NCBI GenBank assembly: GCA_012295275.1
Contig: CM022677.1
Span: forward strand, 6,076,001 to 6,140,000
Direction: 5' to 3'
Length of the DNA: 64,000 nt
From: Chrysomallon squamiferum
Lineage: Eukaryota > Animalia > Mollusca
Shown here: piece after piece, positions 13,286 through 27,916 of the stretch
Position numbering within the stretch: position 1 is the first letter of the stretch
Layout of the letters: every line of letters begins with the position of its first letter
Notes under the pieces: generated by a model
The model's input: the letters and a program-made list of their open reading frames with translations, nothing else
Told to the model about the DNA's origin: nothing
Database searches by the model: none
Position numbers and translations under genes: made by a program

Positions 13286-15034
13286 ATCTGAATTGTCAGG
13301 GTGTGTTCAAGGTGGTGCATGCACAACCACAGAAGCCTGTACTGGAGGTTTATGTAACAGAGGTGATTATTTTAATTTTTATAGCAGGAAGACATTTAGA
13401 ATGATCAAGAATTACTTTCTGTGTCTGCTTTTACCAAAATTATAAATCTAGTCATATCAATAAAGTGCTTCTTAAATAGAAAAGCTTATTTTATATAATT
13501 AGGTGAACTGAATATGTGTTAAATTTGGTGAAACTGCATTTTCGGTTTAAAGTCTGAAATGCAAAATTAAGTTTTTTAGCATTGATCTATGACATTGTTA
13601 CTTTTACTAATAAATAAAAAAACAAAAAAACAAAAACAACAACAACACATTTTTATTATTGTAATTATTATAATTATTATTAGTTGTAGTATTCATAGTT
13701 GCCATAAAATGTCTCAGATGTTTTTACATGACTCAAGCAATTGTGAAAAACTGAAAAATATGAAAAATGACTTTTTGGTAAATATATCTCATCATATCAT
13801 ATACACTATGTGTTACTGCAAACAAATTTGTTGACAATGTATAAAAAGTTGTTTTTCTTCAAAAACTAAATATTTTTATAAAACAATTATATATCATAAC
13901 TCTATTTAATAAAAATGGTTTGATAATTTAAACCATAATTTGTATTTCATAAATTTTGATAAATAATGTATAAAGATACAGAATTATATTGGTACTTTAA
14001 GGTATTAATTCGTAACAACTTATACATTTAATATAAACTTTCTTTAAACTCCAAGCAGTGATACCATACAATCACGACATTATAAATAATTACATTTAAC
14101 ACTTTGCTTTTAAATTAGTCAGTGATTTTATGTATTTAAGTATTTACTTATTTGTTTGTTTATTTATTTATAGATTTTTTTTTTATTTTTTTTTAGTGGA
14201 TGGGGTTGTATCAGATTGGGCAAGACAAAGTGTACAGACCTGTCAGTCAAACTGTCTCAGAACTGTGACATTAGTAAGAACTTGTACACGCCCAACACCA
14301 GCTACTGGTGGAAGTCAGTGTAGTGGAGCTAGACAAACTACAACCACTGAAAGTTGTACCAGTGCACTGAGTGATAGAGGTAAGCTTCTGAAAATTGTGG
14401 TGTGTGTGTAGGTGTACACAGTTGCATACATACACATATAAGCACATAAATGTATTTCTTTTATTTCTTTTTTATTTGTTTATCATCCATTCTGCAAGCA
14501 TTATTACAGATTTTAAAAATTAACTTTGTAATATGATTTTAAATAATTACATATATTTATCTTGTCAAACACTTTATGTTTGTTAAACAATTTAAACAAA
14601 TACTTTCAGGTATGAATACTTTTGATCAACAACCTGTCTTGAAATTGCATGGCACCAACTCATGTATTGACAGCAGCAGACTTGTCTGTACTGGCAGAAC
14701 AACTGAAATACTCACAAAGCTTTGAGAAGGTAAGTTAATCTGTTATTCAGTTTCTACATAAAAGAAAATCATTACTAGATTTCAAGCACAATTAAAGAGT
14801 ATTTAATTCTCATCTTTAAATTATTTATTTATTTATTTATTTACTTTCACGCTTACAGTTGATGGTTTTTGGTCTGCATGGTCACTTCAGAGACTGCGTA
14901 GTTGTAGTGAAACATGGTAGAGGCACTAGAATAAGAGTTGAGATAAGAACATGACAAAGAATGGAGGCAAAGACTGAGGAACAGATGACACAGGAATCTT
15001 CAAGAAACATGTGAAACAAATGTCTTATGTCCAG
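13286..15034 (+). pseudogene. Thrombospondin type-1 (TSP1) repeat exons, partly decayed
   Basis: Exon 13286-13362 ends ...CTTTEACTGGLCNR. Phase 1-1 exon 14197-14379 is open: VDGVVSDW...C...C.R....RTCTRPTPATGGSQCSG. Exon 14859-15034 reads VDGFWSAWS...SCSET[fs]GRGTRIR...RT*..NGGKD*G...ETCETNVLCP, with a frameshift, stops and a lost GT donor. Confidence 0.78.
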
Positions 15035-16430
15035 CTAACTAGCAATAATTAAATCAAATATATTCATATGTAATTTTCTTTTAAACAAATTATGTACAGA
15101 CAGGAGGGCATGTTATTTCCTGTGGATCTGCTACACAGACTGGTATAAGGTTATTTAACAATCTAGCTGATTATCCTGATATATGTATAACATTATAGTA
15201 TGTTTTCTTTTTTTTTGTGGGTGTGTTTTCTGTGGAAAGAGGTATATTAGAAAAATAGTTTTAGTTGCTTGTTTAAAAGGGTGTCACTTTATATTTTAGA
15301 AACAGGGTTTCTTTTTCATTATCTGTGTAGTTAGTTGCATTTTAAGATATGAAAAACTAGTAAAAAAAACATGCTGTGTCTGTTCTTAAATAAAATATTT
15401 TTTCTTCATTTTAGATTTGGTCTGTTTTAGCAGTGTCATTAGTGACCAGCTTGAAGTAAGTGTTTACTAAATCAACAGAGATAATGCTATACTTTAACAG
15501 ACCAGTTGATTTAATATTTTGTTAAGATGCTGTAAAGCTTCTTTTTACAATGTAAATATACTGTCCTAGTTATCAATATTGTATTTAATTCCTATACACA
15601 TCTTTCCTTTCCTAACAAACTTTTGTTGCTACTTAACTTTCATCCTGAAGAACATCTCATCAGACTGATGAGCAAGTGGATCCAAAAGGTGTTGATCCTT
15701 TTGTTGAAAAGAACTTTTACAAAAACATCATCAAAACATGGATTCTAGACCTTAACAATGTGAAAGGGTAATAACTTAATGAATCAAAAACCACACAAAA
15801 ACACACACATTACACTCTTATCTTATATTATAATAATTAATAATAATTAAACAATAAACAGATACTTTGTATTTATTTCAATATTTCATTTACAGAATGT
15901 ACAACTATTTCAATAATGTAAAATACTACTTGCACTTTATTTTATGTTTATTTTATTAATGAATATTATATTTTGTTGTAGGATCCTAGACAACAGATTC
16001 AAGCTGCCTTAGCCAGCACTTCAGTAGAAAATGTTGTAAGACCCATTTTTTAGAATTTTGTTATCCTGCTCATTTTATTTGAAGAATTAGAAATATATAT
16101 ATTTTTATTATTATTGTATTTATGTGTATGTATTTATTTTATTATTATAATTTTAATTTAAATTTTGATTTACTAATTAATTAATTTATTTATTTATAGT
16201 ATTAATATTTTCAATCTCTTAACTGCATCTTCATCTTTCTAGTTATTTTACTACATTCTACTAATTCAAATTCTTTTATTTAATTCTTTATTATTATTAT
16301 TATTATTATTATTGTTATTATTATTTTTTACAAGCTACTTATAATTCTTTTTATTATTATATTTCTTCTTCATGTTTCTTGTTATACATATATAATATAT
16401 ATTTATTTTCCTCTTTGGTTATTTCCACAG

Positions 16431-16893
16431 AACTGACATGGGTTTCACATCATTGAAAATGAAACAGCAGTCAGCACTAACTACACCAGTACCACCATTA
16501 GACCCGAGATAAACTGACATCACCACACCAAACACTAAAAACTCAAACCCCTGTGCCAACAAACATCCAGACACACTAGAAAAGAAACCAGAAACACCAC
16601 CACCCATTGCCAGAGGTTTTTCAGTAAAAATAATGTCTAAGAAAGAAAATGAACAAACTGCTGAAACACCTCTGACAAAAGAAAATAAATTAGTTTCAAA
16701 ACTTTCTTCCAGTAAGGGTGACAGCATGGAAGATACGCATCCACACACACAGAAACAGTTTGATCATGTCTAATCTTCTTGTGAAACTGGAGTTTTTGTT
16801 GAAAGCAGCCAGACCAAGACTTAAACTGACACAAGCTTTACCACCTAGTCACATCCACTTAGTCAGATTTTAAAACCTTTAAAAAATATTCAG
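16431..16893 (+). pseudogene. Decayed low-complexity Pro/Thr/Lys-rich exon
   Basis: Flanked by a ttccacag acceptor and a gtaaat donor. Frame TDMGFTSLKMKQQSALTTPVPPLDPR*TDITTPN...PETPPPIARGF has internal stops. No family recognised. Confidence 0.4.
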
Positions 16894-17619
16894 GTAAATA
16901 TGTCTGTAAATATGTCTTAATCTATCTGTCTGGTTCTCTTTCTGTCTGCCTCCCTATTTATTTATGTTACTTCTATCTCTCTCTGCTTTTTTGTTTGTAT
17001 TACTTTCCTTAAAAATGTTCAGATAAATATGTTTGTCTTTCTGAGAATCTGTCTATATACCTATGTCTGTACTTACTACACACTTATCTGTTTGTCCTTC
17101 TGTATGTCAGTCTGTGTCTATATATCATTTCTTATTTGTTCCTAATTAGCAAGTTTCTTTCCTTTTTCTTTCTTTTCATTATGATTTTTAACAATTATTG
17201 TCAAAGTTGTAATATTTTTTGAACAAACAAAGAAAATATTTTATATAATGTTTCTGTAAATTCTCTTTTGATAATTCTGAATATAAATAGCTTAAGAATC
17301 AGTTATTTAAATAATTCTAAATTTATTTATAGTTTTAATTTATAAAAATGCTCTTAAAACAAGTTTTAGTAGACAGTTGATCATTTTCATTTTATTTATT
17401 TGTATTTATCTGTCATTTATTTATATATTTATTTATTTTCTTATTATTATTAATTTATTTAAAATATAATCATACTGAATTACATAATATTGGATATATA
17501 ATATTTTTTTTATTATTATTATTTTATTAAATATTACAACCTACTGAATAATTTAGTATTGTATATTTTCATTAATTATTAACACCTTTATTTTTGTTTA
17601 TTATCTTATTTTTAACCAG

Positions 17620-17745
17620 GTTTTAAATTTATCAGGAAACAGTTTTGGAACCCAGGCTTTCCGAGCTGTGTATTTGGCAATGTGTTCTAACACAACAGTG
17701 ATCTTCCTTAGCCTCACCACCAACAAAACTGACACTGAGAGTGCT
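17620..17745 (+). pseudogene. Isolated leucine-rich repeat (RI-like LRR) exon, open, phase 0-0
   Basis: ccag acceptor and gtgagt donor; 126 nt reads VLNLSGNSFGTQAFRAVYLAMCSNTTVIFLSLTTNKTDTESA, matching LxLxxNxxgxxg...NttLxxLxLxxN. No neighbouring LRR exons seen. Confidence 0.65.
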
Positions 17746-17814
17746 GTGAGTAATCTTAATTATAACTGTTACAAAGTCTTTTATAATAATAATAATAGTA
17801 ATTGTAATAACAAC

Positions 17815-17848
<34 letters not shown>

Positions 17849-18283
17849 GTAATAATAATAGAATAACAATAATAATAATAACAATAATAATAATAATAGT
17901 GGTAATAATAATAATAATAATAATAATACCCAATAACAAGAAATTATTTTTATATTTATATATGTATAACTGAGAAAAACAAATTCTTATTTTCTCTTCT
18001 TCTTCATCTCCTTCTTCTTATTATTATTGTTGTTGTCAATATTATTATTATTGTTATTGTTAGTGTTATTATATGTAATTCTCCAGTAGTAATATTGCTA
18101 CTTCTGCTCCTACCACTGTTATTCTATTATTGAAAAAAATACTAACAGTGACTTTCAACACACTAAAGCTATTACCAGTATTATATATCTATTTATGTTA
18201 CTGCTATTTCTATGTTGTTAATTATATTATATTATATATGTTAATTATATTATTTTTACTACCATTATTACATCTACTACTTG

Positions 18284-18341
<58 letters not shown>

Positions 18342-18808
18342 GCTACTACTGTGGTGGCTCCACTTATTTACTACCTCTTCATGTTGTATTTACTACTACT
18401 ACACAACCTAAGCTAATTCTACTACAGTTACAACTAGTACTAATACTACAACTATTACCACTATTACTACTGTTAGTACTATTAATACTAAAACTATTAC
18501 TACTTCTAGTATTGTTACCACTAATAGCACAACTACGAATTCTGCTGCTGCTGTTACTACTACTACTACTACAACTACTACTACTACTACAGCTGCTACT
18601 ACTGCTACCACTGCTTTTGTTACTAATGTTACTAATACTAATACCACTAATGTTACTAATACTAAACCTACTACAACTACTGCTCTGTCAACTACTACAA
18701 CCAACAGTACCACTGTTACTACTAGTTCTATTGCTAGTGTTACTACAACTACAAATGATGCAAAAGTTACTGTTGATGGTTAATTTAGATTTGTATATTA
18801 TTATAAGA

Positions 18809-18890
<82 letters not shown>

Positions 18891-19587
18891 AATCGTACAC
18901 ACATAGACATGTATTTCATTTTAAACTATTTAGATTTGACAAATTTCTCATTATTATATTTTTTCTTCTTTTTGTTTTTCCTTTTTCCTGTGATAGTTAA
19001 AGTACAGTTGCCAAGTTTCCAGAATCCAAACCAGACACAAGTTCTATGCAGGAATTAAGTCTGAACTCCAGCTGTTTATTAGGTATGTGTTAGGTATATA
19101 TTATATATAAAAACTGCTTGTTTACTTTTTGTCTTTGTTCTCATGCTCTTGAAAATTCTCTCTCTCTCTCTCTTTTTACTCCTTCACGTACTTTTTTCTG
19201 TATATTTTTCTTTTCTTTCTTCTTTATCCATAATTATCAACATCCTTCTACTTAACATTCTCTCTTTCTTCTCTGTATTTTGTTTCTCATTCATTCTTTG
19301 TCATTCTATTTGTGTCTGTGTTTGGCATCTCAGTGTATTTGTCATTTGTTGTTGGTATTTAGGGTTAGTTGGTGTGTTTCTGAGTTTCTGTGTTTCTTTC
19401 TGTCTGTCTATGTATGTCTCTGTAAATGTACTTGCTAGCTTTTTCTGTGAGTGTTTCAGTATGTGTTGTGGTATGAATGTTGCTTTTTTTCTTCTTTTTT
19501 TTCATTTTTATCAAGATGAATCAAATCAAAGTTCTGTTGCAAGTCTGGCATATTGGCCGTAGAGAAATTTACAAGAAATCCTTTATA

Positions 19588-20800
19588 GTGTGTGTGTATC
19601 AGCAGTAGTGATAATTGCTACTCAGCTAATGTGTGATTGTGTTGTGAGTGAGTGAGTGAGTGAGTGAGTGTGTGTGTATCAGCAGTAGTGATAATTGCTA
19701 CTCAGATAATAGTGTGTATGTGTGTGTGGTGTCGTCCCATTTTGTCAAAATTAATTGAACTAACAACCTGACCCTACCTCACTGCTGAATGGGTTAATCC
19801 AGTGTGGTAAATGTATTGTTTGTTTTGTGTCTTGTGTGATCTTTTATTTCTTAAAAATTTGTTAATCCTCCTTTGTTTCACAAATTGTTTTGTTTAACCT
19901 ATTAATCCAATCTTCTCTGTCAGTTACAAACAATCTTGTGCTATATTTGTTAGAAAACTGGTTAATCTTTCTTTGTTTTACATTGTTTTGTTTAGCCTAT
20001 TGATCAACTCTTCCCTGGCTTGTTTAACATTTTCAATTGCATCCCGTGTCTTTGTTTTTTTTTTTAATCACCCACCTGATAACCAGACTGCCATTCGTTT
20101 CATGAGCACATCCGCAAGCGGGTGAGAGACAATATCACAAACAGATCTACAAGGATGAAATTGCCCACCAAGATGACAACGACGTTCACACATTGCCTAC
20201 CTTCCACAGTGTGAAGAGCTCCTTGTACCATCATCATAAAACCACCATCCCCGTCCTCCCAGCCTCCAGAGAAGAGCTGCACCTACAAGCACCCTGGACA
20301 CAAACACAAGATGCTTCCTCTTGCTCTCGGATGGAGATGCTGACAAAATGGTGCAGTTCATTGTCCATTGTCTTATTTGAGACTGTGAATGTGATTAGTG
20401 ATTTATTTATGACTTCCACAAGAACCGTGTGTGTGTGTGTGTATGTGTGAGTGAGTGTGTGTGTATCAGCAACAGTTATAATTGTCACTACTTAGATAGA
20501 AGTGTGTGGTGTGAGTATCACCAATAGTGACAATTGTCACTACTCAGTAGTGTGTGTGTGTGTGTGTGTGTATCAGCAATAGTGATAATTGTCACTACTC
20601 AGAAGTGTGTGTGTGTGTATCAGCAATAGTTATAATTGCCACTACTCAGAAGTGTGTGTGTGTGTATCACCAATAGTGATAATTGTCACTACTCAGATAG
20701 TAGTGTATGTGTGTGTATCAGCAACAGTTATAATTGTCACTACTCAGAAGTGTGTGTGTGTGTGTATCAGCAATAGTTATAATTGTCACTACTCAGATAG
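19588..20800. repeat. ~45-bp minisatellite (GT)n-ATCAGCAATAGTGATAATTGTCACTACTCAGA, split by an insertion at ~19730-20425
   Basis: Two units at 19588-19730 and about seven or eight at 20440-20800. Confidence 0.85.
20066..20315 (+). mobile_element. Mutator-like (FLYWCH-MULE) transposase fragment
   Basis: NHPPD...IRKRVRD...QIYKDEI...LPTFHSVKSSLYHHH...PVLPASREELHLQAPWTQTQD resembles the segment between the FLYWCH finger and the MULE domain of animal MULE transposases. Confidence 0.62.
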
Positions 20801-21266
20801 TAAGAAATATTTGGTTATCAGTTTATATGTTTAAATGTTTTGTACAAAATACTCAAGATTGAATCTGTTCGTAGTATTTGTTTGTACCACCAAGGGACAC
20901 AACTCTGAGTTAAAGAGCTTGAATATGGTGGAAACTCTTTAGCTTCCTGATTAAACTGATAGCACTTGGAGGATATCCTGGTAAACAGTTATAGTTATTT
21001 TTTAGTTTAACATTTATCAGGTTCTTATGTTTTGAAATTTGTCATCTCATTTATAATATTTATTTATCTTCCTCTAGGAATGCTGGGTAATATGATGCAG
21101 TGACCAGCCATTCTCACAGATAAAGGAAACAGTCAACTTCTGACTGCAGCCATGTTGAAAGGTCATGTTGAGTGATTATATAGTATGTAGTAGTGCAGTA
21201 ATAACAGTTCACATATCTATCTGTATGTGTTGTATTCTGTGTATGAAATTATTATTTTCAATTATA

Positions 21267-21325
<59 letters not shown>

Positions 21326-22777
21326 GAGCAAGAGAGCTTAATAAATATAAAATGATTAATATGAAATAGCATTTCTCATTACTTAACATATACATCTCAA
21401 CTTTTGCATCCAATTTTTTTTTTTCAATTTTACATTCATTTCTAAATCTACATTTTTCTTTTGTCTAAATTGTTTGGTTTTTTTTGTTATTTTTTTTATT
21501 TTTATTAAATATCTATCTTAATGAGATTAATTCTATTGTTTATTCTTGGTTGTTGTTTCTTTTATAACTGATTGATTCAAAGACTCGTAATATTTTTATT
21601 TCTCTCTCACTATCTCTGATTCTCTCTTTCACTGTCTTTCTTTCTTTCATGGTACTTCCCCTGTTCATAAAGTGTATTTGCATAATTATAGGTTTAAAGA
21701 AAGTAGTTTGTTTTTGCCTTGATGCCTATTGAAAGGCTCACATATAACAAAAATAAATAAATAAATAATAAAATAATGGTAACAGATAAAAAAATTCAAA
21801 AATAATAAAAAAATGTTTTTCTTTCGTTTGTAATTATGTGTATTGTTATCATAAAATTATGTCAGTTCTTTTTGTGAAATGGACAGGGATGAAAGCTTAT
21901 CTTTAAAGAACTGTTAGATTTTGGATAACCATTGTTTTTACAAACTATACAAATGAATGAATGAATAAATGTCAATTCTACTTCATAGAAAATGATTTTA
22001 AAAATACTCTATAGAAAATGTTCTGATACAAAGAATGATAATTTCAACCATACAACTTAACTGATGATTGTTGTCTCTATCCAGTGTTCTGATATAGAAA
22101 ATAATACTTTCTACCATCCTGTTTGTATGATTTTTTTAATACTCTATTCAACATTTTCTGATAAAGAATAACATGATAAAATATGCTGTTAATTGATACT
22201 GATATTTATGTGCTGATAAAATACACAGACCAAAGTTTATAAAGGAAATCATATTTTTATTAGATTTTTGTTTTCAATGATCTTTATCTTTGTTGTTTTC
22301 ATTGAAGTGTTTTTAATAAGAAGTGTTTTTGGTAGTCTCAGATATCATTTATTTAAGGCCAGGATGTGATTTCTGAGCCTGTTAGTTTAAAGATTAACCA
22401 TAAAAGCACTGTTAAAAATGTGTGTATACATTTGTGTGTGTGTGTGGTGCAATATTTCACTCATATTTTATTTTGTTGAATGTTGTTGGGTTTTTTTGTA
22501 TTTTTTCAGTTTCACTTGTTTTTTTCTATCTTTTTCTTTGATCATCTTCCTTATTCTTTTTCTCTCTCTCTCATTATATCTTTCTCCCTTTGTCTCTCTT
22601 TCTCATTCTTTTAAAATACCATAAAATTCTATGACTATCTGTTTGAGAAATTTTACTTGGTAACTGTTTATTTTTTATTTCAGGCAGTGTGTCAGAGAAA
22701 AAAATAAATAGTGTTGTCTATATTTATATTACAAATTAGTCATGTGACATATTGTTGACGTCAAGGAAAAAAATGTA

Positions 22778-23054
22778 TGTGTGAAAATCATGCCTGATAT
22801 ATTTGAACCTTACTCTTGTGTGGTAAAAAATACAAATACTGGCTTTTGGCTTTTTGACCAAATGCACTTTAACCCCCGAACGTGCTTGGGCTGCGCCCGA
22901 AGGAGCATAAGTGTTAAAGTGCATTTGGTCAAAAAGCCAAAAGCCAGTATTTGTAACTTTGTTTTTTTAACACCACAATAGTAAGTTTGAAATAATTTGA
23001 AGGTGTTATATGGTAGAGGAGCAAGAGAACATTTGGGGTATTTTCTCATCACAC
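22778..23054. mobile_element. Palindromic MITE-like element with a 43-bp perfect inverted repeat
   Basis: 22831-22873 TACAAATACTGGCTTTTGGCTTTTTGACCAAATGCACTTTAAC is the exact reverse complement of 22913-22955. The loop is 39 bp and GC-rich; imperfect pairing extends outward. Confidence 0.75.
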
Positions 23055-25731
23055 AAATATGTTAACACACCACACCCTAGATCTGTACCTGCTGTCTTCT
23101 GTACAGAGAAATATCTATTTAACTTACACTTGTTGTTTAGATGTTATAATTACTATTGTTGATATCTTTTAAAATAAATATATTATTTTTCATTTTCTTG
23201 TGTTGCCTTATTTTTCATTATTGATGCATTTTAAAGATAAATTTGAATGAACTGTTACGAATGCAATAAACATTTCTACTAAAAATGTTGAACACATTTT
23301 TGTAACAGTAATCTAAATATTCCAATGAAGAAATTTGTGAATGTTGTTTATAATTTTTATGATATTAATTAATATTTTATTAATCTTGAACTCGGTCGTC
23401 CCAGAAAAACATGATCAAAATTTACCAGCCCTCTGATCAAAAACATTTCTAGGTCTCAAAAAAAAGAAGAATTATTTTATAATAAACGACAATTAATATT
23501 AATAATATAATTTTTTTCCCCAAAATTTCCTGAAAAATTATGGTCTTTAATAATAAGTTATTTTATTATTAATAATAAGACTATACAGAAACGCGTGAAG
23601 TGCTAGATGAATAATGTATTTATTATTGTATTGATATTACTGAAAATTAACTCTGCACCTTTCAGTGTCACAGTGTGATACTTTGTTTTATGACCGCAGT
23701 AACATGACATTCCGCGACACAATTTACATCTCTCCCTACATGAAATTCAGATTTATCAAATTATGTAATTAAGAATATATCAGACTTTTTTTTTAAACAC
23801 TGAGAAAAGTAAGTTAATCTAGAATGAAATTCCATATTTATTCAATAATATAACTGATAATCTCTAATTAATGTTATTAACTGTGGTTTTGTAAAAGTTC
23901 ACGATTTCTCATGTAATTATATTATAAATAAATGAATTTATTATTATTATTATTATATACTTTTTTTTAAAAGAAGTATTTAGTTTTTATCTCGACAGAA
24001 ACAATACACTAAGAATAAATCTGATTTTTTGATAATTTTATGCGGCCTAATAAAAAATTCGAATAATTTTTATATCCGCTCTCAGAACAGTTCTAATAAA
24101 ACCAAGTTCTAATATAGCGTCAAACATATGTAGGTAGCTTCCGTTTTACAGAAAAATAAAAATATTAAGGTGTTATTATTGTTGTTATTTAGCTGTTGAC
24201 AAAGAGAGGACTGTGACAACTATGGTGTCTGCTTCACTGACTCATTGATAAGTGAAGCGGTTATATTAATATCTAATGTAGTAAGAGAACTTCAGGTATA
24301 ATAAGAAATTTAAAGTATATTATGCTATACAAATTGTGCTGATGTACACCTTTTAATGAATGTAATGAAAACATTTAAATTTCGCATAATAAAATAGCAT
24401 GTTCACCTTACTTGTTCTCAGCTAATCAGTATACACTATCGTGATTCCAGGGAATTAACTCTGATATTTTTCAATATAACCTGATATACATATACGATAT
24501 TAATAAAGTATGAGATTAACATTTCTCAACATACTTAACCTACAAACTGTAAATATCACTGCTCATAATTATTTCTCATATTTTTCTTTTTATAAGTAAT
24601 TAAACCGTTTATTTTCATAACGCCATGTAATAAAAGGTCACACTAGATGCGCCCTCTTTATTTCTGGATATAGTTTTGACGTCACATACAAAGATATTGT
24701 AATTTAAAACAATTACAACACGGAAGCTCCATCTATATTTCTGAATGTTCACTGTGAAATCATACCTGTAATTTTCAGTATAATTAGTCGTATACATACA
24801 TAAGTTTGTGAGTGTGTGTGTCTCAGTTATAAAATTAATTATTTTGAAATACCTTTATTTATTATTGAAATTTCACAAATATATTAAAACATATTTACTT
24901 TCATTCAAGAAGGATAGTTGAGAAATTTAGAAATAAAGAGGGTTTCCAGATTCCAATTTTCTGTTACTGACAAAATCAGGATTAGTTTTTAGCTGCACCT
25001 GAGATAATTAAATATTGATTTTGTTTTTCTAGACAGGTGTGTATTTAAAAGCTGAGGTTACACTTGAAATATTAGCAAATAATTAATTATATATGAAGTG
25101 ATATTAATCTTTAATATTTCTAGTTGGAAGTGCAGTGAATATTCAGGAATAAAATATAGCAGCCAGATAAAAATGACATTTCATTAGCAACTGTTATATT
25201 AATGTGATATTTCTCAACGGAATTTGTGTTGTTTTTACTATATCAGGTCAGAATAATTTGTCTCTCAGCAAAAATAACGTAGAGTTTTTGTTAAGACACT
25301 ATTTAATTGTCAACACTGTTTAAATAGTGTTAGATGTTATTAGCTTGATCCACAGAATATATTTAATAGCATCCTGAAAGATAACAGTGGATTCTTTAAT
25401 AGTCTTGTCATTCTGATTGAGGCACATCATGTGATCCAGAAAAAACGTCAATATTTTTTCTTTTTTAATGAGACATCCAAAATCTGCTAAAATTTTATTT
25501 AGTGCATTTATAATTAGTATATTTTAATAAGGGTTATTATATTTTACGTAAAAAGTATTTATTTTATTTGTGTTGAACTTTGTTTTCTTCTTTTTTTTAG
25601 TATCATATTGCCGGTCTTTATAGATGTATGATTGGCTAATAATAAGATCAAAATAATAATAATAATTCATTATTACATATATATATATATATATATATAT
25701 AGTTTGAATTTAAAGTAACAATGTATTCTCT

Positions 25732-26582
25732 GAACAGCATCATGATTGAGAGAACAAGTAGGAATCATCTCCTTTAGTGAAGACGAAATAAAATTTATTT
25801 TCCTAAAATCTGAATATTTCGACATTGTTTGACTGATGTATAAAATACAACGTGAATTAAACCTGTATACAACTCAAATCTGTCATGTTGACTTACGTCT
25901 TCAACACAGTGAGATCTTCTAAAAAAAGAAAAAAGAAAAACATTTTATTATGAAATTAAATGGACTCATTGTAATATTTTATGCAATATTGAAATCTGTT
26001 TTCTCTGTTATACATAAATTCATCCAAAGACTTGTAGATTATTCAAATATAAGGAAGATATTTATCAATTTACCTAAATCTTATGTAACGCTGTCTCTAG
26101 GCTGCTGCAAAGGTCAACTCATTTTTGTAATCTTAATTTCTTTCCTTGAAAGGGTTTTCCTCAGAACAGCATCATGACTGAGAAAACAAGCAGCAATCAT
26201 CTCCCTTAGTGAAGACGAAACAAAATTTATCTTTCTAAAATCTGACATATTTCCACATTGTTTGACTGATGTATAAGATATAAAGTGAACTAAAACTGGA
26301 TACAACTGAAATCTGTCTTCAACTCAGTGAGATCTCCTAAAAAACGAAAAAAGAAAAACATTTTATTATGAAATTAAGTGGAGGCATTGTAGTATTTTAA
26401 GCATTATTGAAATCTGTTTTCTATCTTTTACACTGATTCATTCAAAGACTTGCAGATTGTTCAAATATAAGGAAGATATTTATCAATTTACCTAAATCTT
26501 ATGTAAAGCTGTCTCTTTGCTGCTGCAAAGGTCAACTCATTTTTGTAATCTTAATTTCCTTCCTTGAAAGGGTTTTCCTCAG
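25732..26582. repeat. Tandem duplication, two copies of ~420-430 bp
   Basis: GAACAGCATCATGA(T/C)TGAGA starts at 25732 and 26164; both copies end CTTGAAAGGGTTTTCCTCAG. Confidence 0.92.
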
Positions 26583-27756
26583 TTGTGTTTCTGTTTTGCT
26601 ATTATTTTCTAAAACAAACCAAAATATCATGATGTATTATATATATTCAGCTTCATTTTCATATTCGTTTCTGTGAACTTTGATAAACAATTGAGAATTG
26701 ACAGACAAGTTTATAGTTTCCTTTATATTCTGCCAAATTTCATACAAATAAATGAATTAACAGTTACTTAAATTGGGAAATTAATAATTAAACTGTAAGG
26801 TACATCTGAGCTATTTAGTGCAATTAATTAAAATTTGTTAATTTCTGCATCATGCTTAAAAATACAGTAGAGCTTAGAAATCATCATTTTGATATAAAAC
26901 ATGTGTATACTGGTTTGAAACTGTATGATATATTCAGTGTTCTGTTTACCAAATGACTGAAATGCATCTCAGATTTTCCACAGATTATGAAGGAAAAATA
27001 CCAAGCAAATTTTATTCAGATAAAAATTCGTTACTTCCTTACCATCAATCATATCAATGATTTTTCGTGTAATTTTAATCTCCTTTTTTTTTGTCATTGT
27101 ATAGATATAAGTTATATATTTTAAAAGATAATTATATTTTTGAAAATACTATTACAGAGCTGCTAAATAAAATTACATAATAATTTAAATGAAAAGCAAA
27201 ATATAACTGATAACTGTTGATTGATCAATAAAAATTGAGCTAAATTTCTCAAAAAAATAAAAATTATACTCGAGTCTTGTGACAAGATTCTACATCGTAT
27301 TGTTTAATAATTCCTTATCGATTAGCTGCCCTTGAAAACTTTCCATAAAGCAGACGAGTAATCTCCCTTCAGCTATAGTTTCTTTCTTTCTTCTGTTTGT
27401 GGGGTTCTCGGTGTACGTCACTGCACACCACAGAAAATCGCTGATAACGAAAGGTCGTATATAGCTGTATACTGAGTAATAAATGTAAATGTGTAGGTAT
27501 TTCCAGGAATATCAGTTTACTTTAAATAACATACCGTATCTGTTAATATGTGATAAATAACTAAAATATAAACAATAAAAATAAATAATAACAAATAAAT
27601 GACTAGATATACAGGGGAAGACCTCTGTTGTGAAATATTTTTCTGTAAAACTCAATTACAATTTCTTCTCAAAAAAACAAAAATATAAAAAATAAACACT
27701 GAACACGTGAGAAGTTACACTTTACTTGAATCACAAAATTTGAGTTTGCAAAGGAA

Positions 27757-27916
27757 ACGACATTAAAATTAAAATTCACAGAGATAAGCTAAGTTTTCTG
27801 TTTTGTAAAACGCAACGTAATTCACGTTTTATATATAAAACCTGCGACGTTTATTCATACTTAGTGAAAATAACGTGATGTTTTGTTATGTTTTATCTCT
27901 ATTTTGCATCATAAAA
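27757..27916 (-). repeat. Right arm of the inner inverted repeat (partner 12451-12620)
   Basis: Direct reverse-complement match read by eye. Confidence 0.88.

Noticed and set aside
18413-18778. Open 122-codon Thr-rich (mucin-like) frame with AG/GT at phase 1-1
   Set aside because: It derives from a degenerate (ACT)n tract where open frames are expected; the splice sites are weak and there is no polypyrimidine tract.
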